A stretch of 64,000 nt of DNA from Perna viridis (taxonomy: Eukaryota), in contig CM074511.1 in the NCBI GenBank assembly GCA_037379345.1, positions 42,166,862-42,230,861 of the forward strand, given 5' to 3'. Below, in pieces: positions 55,166 to 64,000 of the stretch. Position numbers and translations under genes: made by a program. Numbering within the stretch: position 1 is the first letter of the stretch; each line of letters starts with the position of its first letter. The notes below the pieces were generated by a model. That model did no database searches, was not told the DNA's origin, and was given only the letters and a program-made list of their open reading frames with translations.

Positions 55166-55560
55166 TATTAGATTTCACTCGGGAAAGTTTGATAAATGAA
55201 AGAAAAAGTATCTTTAGCTAAATTGCCATTAAAGAGGGAGGGGGATGACAAAAGCACCTTAATAAAACTTTATAGATAATACTATGAAAAATGTAATGGG
55301 TGACAAACTCTACTGATAAATAAAAAGGATTAGAAGTGAATTTCACAAATAAATAAAACGAACGGATAACATCACAAAACCTAAAACAAAATGAGAACTT
55401 TTCAAAATTACATTTATATAAAATATTGCCGTAAAAGCTTAATTCTGTTAATGTCGTTAGTATTGTGTGTCGGGGTTGACAACGGAATGACTATGGTGAT
55501 GCTGTTGACAGTTTAAAAGATATTCCTCAACTATTGTGAGTAATAAATTAAAAAAAACAA

Positions 55561-58500
55561 TTATTCGATTCTCGGGCGCCACCCCGTCTTCATCTTTTTC
55601 AGTTTTGCAATCTCGATCAAGTTGAGATTAAACGGTTCTTTGTTCAGATCGCCTTCGTCTAAATCTGCTATGAATTGTCCATCCATTTTATGTTCATTAC
55701 ACAAGACTGCGAGTTTTGATAGAGCACATTGCTGAAGACAACTAACTAGTTCTTTAACTGACATCTGAGATAACCGCGACTCCTGTGTCGAAGGAATAGG
55801 ACGGGTACTTGGCTGCACTTTACCAACGGGCCGGTCTTGTTTGCCTTCCGGGATTTGGGGCAACATTTTTGACACATCGGGATAATCATAATCTTCCATA
55901 TCGTCTTCACCTTCTTCGCTTATGATTGGATTGGTTTTCACAACAATCTTTGGTGCTGACGGCATTGCTTTTGCGTTTGCCTTTGGTTTCTGCTTAGGAC
56001 GAGGCGGATGGTTAACAGTTTTATTTTTTGTGTCACAATAAGGGTTACCTATTGGCGAATCATACGCTGTTCGATCTGGTGGTAGTCTAGCTGTTGGAGA
56101 TGGTGGAGGTTTAAACTTTTCTTTTGGTTCTGAAGTACTAGGAGATAATGGAGGATTAAATCTTGTGGGAATAGACGGTGGGGCCAGTTGATCTACCGGT
56201 GACTTTGAAACAGGAGAAACAGGAAGTGGTTGCGAGACTGCCAAAGGCATTTGTGGTTCAGTTTTATTTGTTGGTGTCTTCGACTTGAACTTTGATACCA
56301 GTTCCGAATGTACTCGCTTCAATTTCTTGTAAAAAGGCTGAAAGAACGATAAATATTTATTTCATATCGAACTTTAGACATTTAAGAACTTAACGTTTAA
56401 TTCCCATTATACCACTGTAAGAAGTTTCTATATACATGTAATACAATTAAATGGAATCACCATTTACTGATGGACCTCTTTGGGTAGTTACCTGTTTATC
56501 ATTTTAATTGACATAGAAATTCAAATCCCCTTGCCAATTTTCAGTCTAAAGAGGTTCACTAGGTAAGGGTTCTTTAATGAAGGTAAGACCAAGTTGAGTA
56601 TATTACTCGCTGTAAAACAGAGGACGCATTACCTCTAATCGTATCATAAATGATTATGTTGACCCAACCGGTGCATCTGTTCCGTGTTCAAAGTTTTTCT
56701 TGGAGCCTAAGTTGCTCATTTACTTTTGTTGCTTTGTGCCAAATATTTTGATTATTGTATGTTCTTTGGTGTATGTGTCTATTTTCCCTGTCTGGTCTTT
56801 GTCCCAGGATTACATTTTAATATTTCCGCTAGAATCGTGGTCCTCTTCATTACTCTTTGACAAGAATTACACACACAATGCATTGTACACACAAAATACA
56901 TACCACTGGTACTACAATCTTTTGTGCTTTCTGTGGCAAAGCAATATAATCATCATGGATGTTGTCTGGAATAAGAAACATATATAAATATCGAACGACA
57001 TACCAGAACATATATTTAAAGTAAATGGTACTCGATGGGTTTTTATTATTATTATTTACAGGAATTTTGAGTTGCATAATGTTTGTCATCTTTAATTTTC
57101 CTTCAATTCAATTCAAAATGTTTATCTTTGTTTATAAATGAAATTCTGGGTTTGAATTCATAGGATAAATTTGGTTGTTTTAACACATTAGTAAAACTGA
57201 AACTTTTACAGGATCAAAACTATTGTATTCGCAAGCTGTTGGAGAATCAGAACTTTATTTACTTAATTCATAAATAAACCTTAAATTATTCTAATTTACC
57301 CGGGACTTCATAGATAAGCAACGGTCCATCAAACGTTTCTTTGGCATCACTTGTCTTTGTTTCTTCCACTTTTAAACGAAATTTTAAATATTAACTTATG
57401 CAAGAAAAAAAAAGAGGTGAAATAAAATGATCAAGATGACATACTTTATAAAATGTTTACAATAAATAGAAGTTAAGTTATTTTTCTTTCTAAATTATCA
57501 GATACATCTTAAATATTATTAATTATATGATATCACATGCAATTACTGATTATTTTTAATCATGCGAATATGTTTCCCTGTGGATATTTCAAGAAAAGAC
57601 ATGAATTATCAAAACGTTCAAAAAGTTTAGCTTCAATAGTTTTGTAAACTTAGGGACTTATAGGTGTGGTAGAGTCAACGTCTATGTAAGACCAATGTAA
57701 ATAGCAGTATTAAATAAAACCACACAAAAAAAAAAAAAAAAAAAAGTGAGTGTAAAAAGAGTGATCAAGGGAATCAATGAACAACAATGACAAATGTATC
57801 AGTGTGTATCAATGTGTATGCTGATAGTTAGTTTGGCAACGGCAAAATAGAACTAATAATAAATAGTACCATTAATATTATAAAAAAAGAATGATTTAAA
57901 TGACATAAGCTACCGTGAACTTAACAAAAATTAGAAAATTTAAAGGTTGTTGACATTGTAAAGAGTGAAAATGTATGAAATTATGAAATACATGTAATAT
58001 GATAAAAGCATGACAACAGAAAATAAAAGATGGTGGTTACATTAGTAGAATTTTTATCAGATTTGATATAAGTGAAATTTTGACGAGTGAAGCGAAGTGT
58101 ATCATGACCACGGCAACTTAAAGCATACTTGTAGTAACTGCAAGTGATTGCAATCGCCATGAGCGCGGTTCATTATTAGCAGACAAAGAGCGAGAAGCAT
58201 ATTGCAGTTGTTTTTATTTTGGTAAAGTATAATATCAAAAACAAAGGAGGCGAAATTATCACTTAAAACAGGAGTGACAAGGAATTTAAAAAAAGGAAAA
58301 ATAAAACAACAACAAATAGTAAAATGGAGAAAAAAAAGAATTTCACCCGTGACAGTCTAATTTGCATTGATCATTTTCACTACAATTGAATGCATATCAG
58401 ATTCCGACTTATCCTTTGACTTATAAAAACTAAAATAAATAAATTTAGTGATTTATTTCCCTTGTAATTATTTGATGATAACTTCATACTTTGTTTTTGA

Positions 58501-59721
58501 GCAGGCGTTACGGGATGTGGTTTCACAGCTGCATTTTGGTAGTGTTTCTTCCTATTCTTGACATGCTTTTTAGGCTCCATCGGTTTTGCTAAAAAGATAG
58601 CAACCCCAGAGGGTTTGTTAGATAACTTTGGTCATGATTTGTTATCCTAAACATGTTTTTACCCTTTTGTATTAATCATGGATAGTCGGTATACGTGCAG
58701 CATGCTTACCATACACTTCCGCGAAGAAAATTATTTTGTTCTACCGAAGCCCTACACAGCGGTAGTGTGTACTGAGCATTCTAATGGACTTAAATGCAAA
58801 TAATCTATAAATGATATAACTGTATATTTACTTAACTGTTATATTACCAATATATCATTTTTGACTACAAGTGATTAAATGTTGGACTGATACCAAGCAA
58901 GAATTCAAACAGACTACACCTGTCCTTTACTTTAAATAGTAGAACATCAACTAACTACACTTCAATTATGCCTGGCTCTAAAAGGGCAAACAACATCCAA
59001 GAAAATAAACAAATATTAGATAAGAATGATGACCGATGATACTATATAGAGTGTTCTGAAGTAAATGAATAAAAAAAAATGCCGACCGCCAAAATTCAAA
59101 TATATTCTTGATATTTAAACCCAAAATTACACATAATTAGCACACGTACTATTGATAATTTCCTTAGTGTCTTCATTTTAACAGATCAACTGATCTGTAC
59201 ATAAACAAATGATTTTTTCAATAACACTTGAAGTTTGACTGGTTGATTGTGTGTAGTTTAATGCAATATGTTGTATATTTCATGGATTTCAGGATGAGAA
59301 CTTCTGCCCAGTCTAATAGACCCCGTTTTGTACTAGTCCGACACGCTTGTTTAGATCTTTGGATCTTTATTGTGCTATATAACAGAAGCAACGGCCAGCA
59401 GTTAGGCATATTACCCTACCAAGCATGTACTTAGAGCTAGTAAGTGGTCACTGTTTTAACTAAACATCGCGTGCATGGCGGAAAGCATTGGCTACCAATT
59501 CTAAAGTCTTTTGTCTGACTCGGCCATGATCAAACCCATGACCTCGAGATAAGCAGTTTACCATAGCTCACATTCCATCAGTTTGAAGAAGGTGTATGAA
59601 AATAACCAATGGTTAAAAAAATACTGACGTTCATCAACAGGTTCATAGTCCTCATCTGCTTCACTAATAGTAACTACAGGTCTGTGTGGACGTTTTGGAC
59701 GTTCTGGTGGCTTTTCATCTT
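55561..59721 (-). CDS. CABIT-SAM family paralogue C, 3' part (CABIT exon presumably beyond 64000)
   Basis: Exons 59721-59629 (93 nt, same size and phase as the paralogue B exon; KPPERPKRP...DEDYEPV), 58588-~58490 (KHYQN), 57368-57300 (frame uncertain), 56337-55561 (Pro-rich, EDYDYPD, SAM ending TGWRPRIE). The SAM differs from paralogue B at 12 of 69 positions. Confidence 0.82.
56618..56858 (+). mobile_element. Degraded Penelope-like 3' tail in the last intron of paralogue C
   Basis: ccggtgcatctg...agttgctcatttacttttgttgc...gtctttgtcccaggattacatt. Confidence 0.7.
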
Positions 59722-60704
59722 CTAGAACAACAACCAAAACACACTGTAAACACCACACATGGTACAATTAACAACACAAAGCAGATATAATTTGAAAAAA
59801 AATAACACACATCACAGCAACCAGGGTATGTAACAAAAACACAAACTGGCCAGCAATAAGAAAAAAAACATGGATATCGTTCGATTTCCTTATTAAACTC
59901 CGTTTCAATTTAAAGTCATAATCCTTAAAAAGTTCAGATACTACCAATGGTAGAGGTGATTCTTGGTCCTACCCCCCACCCCCCCCCACCCCCACCCCCA
60001 CAGAACCCGTTTGTTCATCTCCCATAATCATCCAAATAAAGAATGATAACTCTGGCAAAGTAGCAATTTTATGTACAATATATATACAAAATTTTATCTC
60101 ATCAGAATGTCGAACTAAGACTGGTTATGTGGTCTGTAGATCTAAGTATCTCAGTCGGAAATGAAAGTGAATTTTGTTGGATTTTGAGATGCATGAAACA
60201 CCCCGTCTGATATAAATAAAGACTGCTATTTAGAAAGAAATGTGGTATAATATTTATACAATACTTATACAATATATGTCTTTTGCACATATAATTGTAC
60301 ATATAGTAAACATAAAGATAAACCGTATTGCATAAGATAATTTATGTGAACTTGGCAAACTTATTTCGTTTTATAATCGAACAAAAACGAAAGATAAAGA
60401 TTTGGTCAGGAAAAAAAATTGTGGTACTTCTAAATTCACTATTACATAATATTCTTAGTGCAAATTATTCTGTTGCCTTATGTTTCGAACATTCACTTGT
60501 TAACAGGATAAATAAGGAAAAAAGTAATCTCGACAGAAATTTGCTGGTCATTACTGATAAATATAGAAATATTTCAATGCATAATGTAATTCTTCAATAT
60601 TTACTTGAACAAAACAAAAAAATCCATTTGTTGTAGTCGACAAAATACATCATTTAGTTCAAATATTAAATCAAACAAATTCTAATAATAACTTCTTATA
60701 AGGT

Positions 60705-60900
60705 TGAGAAATAAATCACGGAAACTCCATTTTATCATTGTTTTACCACGGGCGGGCTATTTATGTCGCATTGTTTCAACATAAATGCCCAGACCGTAGT
60801 AAAACAATGATAAACATGAGTTTCCGTGATTTATTTCGATTCTATTATGAATAGTTTCTTCATATTTAAAATACACGCAGCCCATGTGATTCACGAAATA
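60705..60900. repeat. Palindromic dispersed repeat (Crypton-like end); second copy at 35458-35680
   Basis: aaataaatcacgg...ccattttatc...gataa...cgtgatttattt hairpin followed by the shared tail tagtttcttcatatt...acgcag...cacgaaat. Confidence 0.65.
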
Positions 60901-61489
60901 TCACTGCATATTACTGATTTGAAGAGTTATGTACCTTACCCTAGGTCTACCTCTTTAGCAAATACAAACAAACCGGTTATATTGACACCCTAAACTCAGC
61001 AATGATCTGTTTTAAAATACTACTATCAAACATCTCAAACATCTCTTTGATATGAATTCTATTTAAAATTAACTGTTATATGAAGGCCACCTGTATTTCG
61101 TTCTCCGTTGGAAGGTCGGTTGACAGGTTTGACCGTAGTGAAAGATAATTTGAGTAAGTTAGTATAGTTTAACTAAACATGACAAATATTGAATAAGGTG
61201 ACCAAAGGGAGAAACGAAGGGGGGTATACTATAATTTAAATGCGTCTTTGCACTCTTTTTATTTTGTATATAATATTATTCACTATATAGTATGGATTAT
61301 GCTCCAACCTTTTGAGGACACCTTTTTTTCTCTTGAAACACCAGTACCTTTAAAGTAGAAAACAAAGAATTAAATGAATTTATAGAATTACTAACTCAAA
61401 GAGTAAAATATAAACCCTGAGTAAAACTATTTCGCATGTTCTTTGTGTATGTGGCTTGAAGAAGCGTGGTTGATTATTATTCTTTTTGA

Positions 61490-62155
61490 AAGAGTAATCA
61501 AGGGAACCAAGGTTATAGCGGTAATCAAAAGAATGTAATCCAGGAACAAAGACCAGACATGGAAAACAGACATACACAACAAAGAACATAAAGTAACTAA
61601 AATCATACACACAAAGTAACAAAAGTAAATGAGCCACTCGGACTCCACTAAAAACTGGGAGCATGGACCAGGTGCACCGGTAGGGTAAGCGTCCTCTGCT
61701 TTTCTAGAAAAACCCACCGAGTTGCTCATAAAAAGTCAAGTCCGGGGTAGACAAACGAGGAAAGGAAAACCATGACCCGTTGAATACATCAGTTTCCATG
61801 GTGTTGATGGATACACCAACAAAATGTGTTGATGAAAAACAAGATCAAGTCATGGTTTATTACTTTCTGTTTTAACTGATGAATTGAATTCGTCTATCCC
61901 GGACTTGATCTTTTTATGAGCAATTCGGCGGTGTGTCTAGAAAAGCATAGGACGTTTACCCTACCGGTCCACCTGGACTATGTTCCCAATTTTTACTGGA
62001 GCCCGAGTTGGTCATTTAATTTTGTTACTTTGTATGTATTATTTTAATTTCTTTTTGTTATTTGTTGTGTATGTCTGTTTTCCATGTCTGGGTTTGTCTC
62101 TTGATTACATTCTCTTGATTTCCACTAGAATTTTGGTTCCCTTAATTACTCTTTC
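61490..62155. mobile_element. Inverted pair of Penelope-like 3' tails
   Basis: Minus copy 61490-61820 (includes the last RT codons GVSINTMETDVFN) and plus copy ~61892-62155; both match 12987-13260. Confidence 0.85.
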
Positions 62156-64000
62156 AATATTTTAAAACAATAACAGTAGAATAAAATTACAACATCTGCA
62201 CAAAACAAGACAAGATAGAGACATAGTGATTTGCACCTAGTATTCTATATGAGAGATGGTTTCACAAATCATCACGAATTGGGTTAAACAAGAAAATTAA
62301 AAGTTTTGAAAAGACAGTCTTAAAGAACTAGATTAAGTCAACAGAAGAAAAGTGTTACTATTATTGTAATGAAATTCTTAGATATCAGAAAGTTGGAATC
62401 TTTTCTTATTCATTATTTATTTCAACTGCTATAATATACCATATCAATATGTACATTTTATGGAGGGCAATAACCATGAAACGGTTGAAATGTGTTGTAA
62501 TAAACTGATTACTCATGTACATATGTATGTATTTAGCTGAAAACATAAATTGATTTCAAATACTCGTGTATAAGATAATCTTTTCAGACAAGAACACTTT
62601 GTAATCAGTTTATCACAAATATTAAGATAAAATATAAATAGAGTTGACTTTACAGGACAGACCAGTGTTTTGCTTATTTTATTTAAAACACATTTATGAT
62701 AATGTAGTAACAAATTGGGGAGAGAAAAGGACTGGGCAAAATATTACTTTATGAATAGACAAATTTTAACTGTTCATTTTTGTTGGTAGAGTATTTTTGT
62801 TAAGGCACTTAATGGCCAGAGGTTTAGTAAACTTGTCGTTGTAGATATTTTATCTTGCCTCGACGTAGCAACGAACAAATCTGCTAAACTGAAAACGTTC
62901 TTGGTCTGTGGACGTTGACAGCTGGTGTTAATGAAATTTGAACTTCAACCTTTATTTTTGGAACTGGGGAATATGTGAAACTTTTCATGCATTCTATTTT
63001 GATAATACTTTCAAACAAATTTGAAAAAAAAACAACTAAAAACAGGAAAAATATAGGGAGCTTGCATGTTATATCAATCTGATTAAATATTGTGAAAATA
63101 AGCACACAATAACCATTGTAATTAAAAAGAAACCAGGAAATATAAATTTTAATAATTGCCTTTTGATTTTGGTTTCCCATGGTACAACGGATGAAATAAA
63201 ACAACAACAAATCTGAAAGGATACTGATACAGGAAAACATTATTTGTTTTATACATGCCCTTAGTAATCTAAATTTCCCTAATTTCATGTATTTCATTGA
63301 AAATGAATGTTGGATAAAACGTGGGGATTGTAAATGAAATCCACGGATAAAGGTGGAAAATTCTTGAAAAGAAGCAGAATAAACACGTAGAAAGCTGATA
63401 TAAAATCGGCTACTCATATAATGCATTATATTAGATTCTATTTCAGTACGATAAGCTTCCGCTCAATTACTAGAAACACCCACCGAGTCTCTGTTTAGAT
63501 TCTTGGACAGTGCGATAGATGACAAATATGTCACAATTATACAAATCTGTCCTCGATGTTGATTATATGAAACTTTACACATTATCTTGGTCATATTTAT
63601 ACTTAGGCAAACTTTTTAATTTGATGATATCTTCATAGCTAACGTCATATGAAATTTTGCCTTATTCAAGTCATCGTGGGGCTAAGTAATGAGTTTTCCT
63701 ACTTTTAAAATACATGTATATGGGTATATGCAATTTTAATCGATGTGATTATGAAAAATTCCTCCATATTAAATAAAAACATAGATGATAGAGAAAATGG
63801 TCAATGAGCATTTGAAAGCATTTTGCAGATTATTTTAAAATATCTGAAATCTGTAAACACTGTAATTCTTCTTTAAAAAAACCCCAATAATATTGGTTTC
63901 CAGTATCAATACTGTCATCATTACTCTATTTCAATTCATATAAATAACAGAACCATTGGAACAGTATATATCATTGTGAGCATACTTTCTCATGACAAAT

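Noticed and set aside
56492-56545. Candidate bridging exon for paralogue C
   Set aside because: Stop codons in all three frames despite AG/GT borders.
62884-63426. 180-aa ORF as the missing CABIT exon of paralogue C
   Set aside because: No CABIT motifs; low-complexity F/I-rich translation of AT-rich sequence.

Overview
AT-rich, intron-containing animal genomic DNA; the repeat content suggests a bivalve mollusc (inference). The window holds four main things. (1) The 3' seven coding exons of RPA2 on the + strand (1988-10464). (2) A minus-strand tandem array of at least three GAREM/Themis-family adaptor genes (CABIT domain, Pro/Tyr-rich linker, SAM domain ending GWRP[KR][LI]), plus a probable decayed fourth copy. 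The paralogues differ in the CABIT signature Cys and in their tyrosine motifs. (3) A 15.9-kb IS3EU-type DNA transposon between paralogues B and C (37883-53818, TACGGAA...TTCCGTA ends, 6-bp TSD CCTTAC). It carries a decayed DDE transposase and a convergent decayed SAM-like/Ubl-like/HECT E3 ligase gene, and has a doubled left end that duplicates the E3 gene's 5' region and first exon. (4) Many nested repeats: two Penelope-like RT copies and solo 3' tails with a conserved stem-loop, an IS3EU-type MITE, TTAA-flanked MITEs, SINEs, Helentron-like units, mini- and microsatellites. All gene models were spliced by eye with GT-AG phase checks, and family names come from remembered motifs, not database searches.
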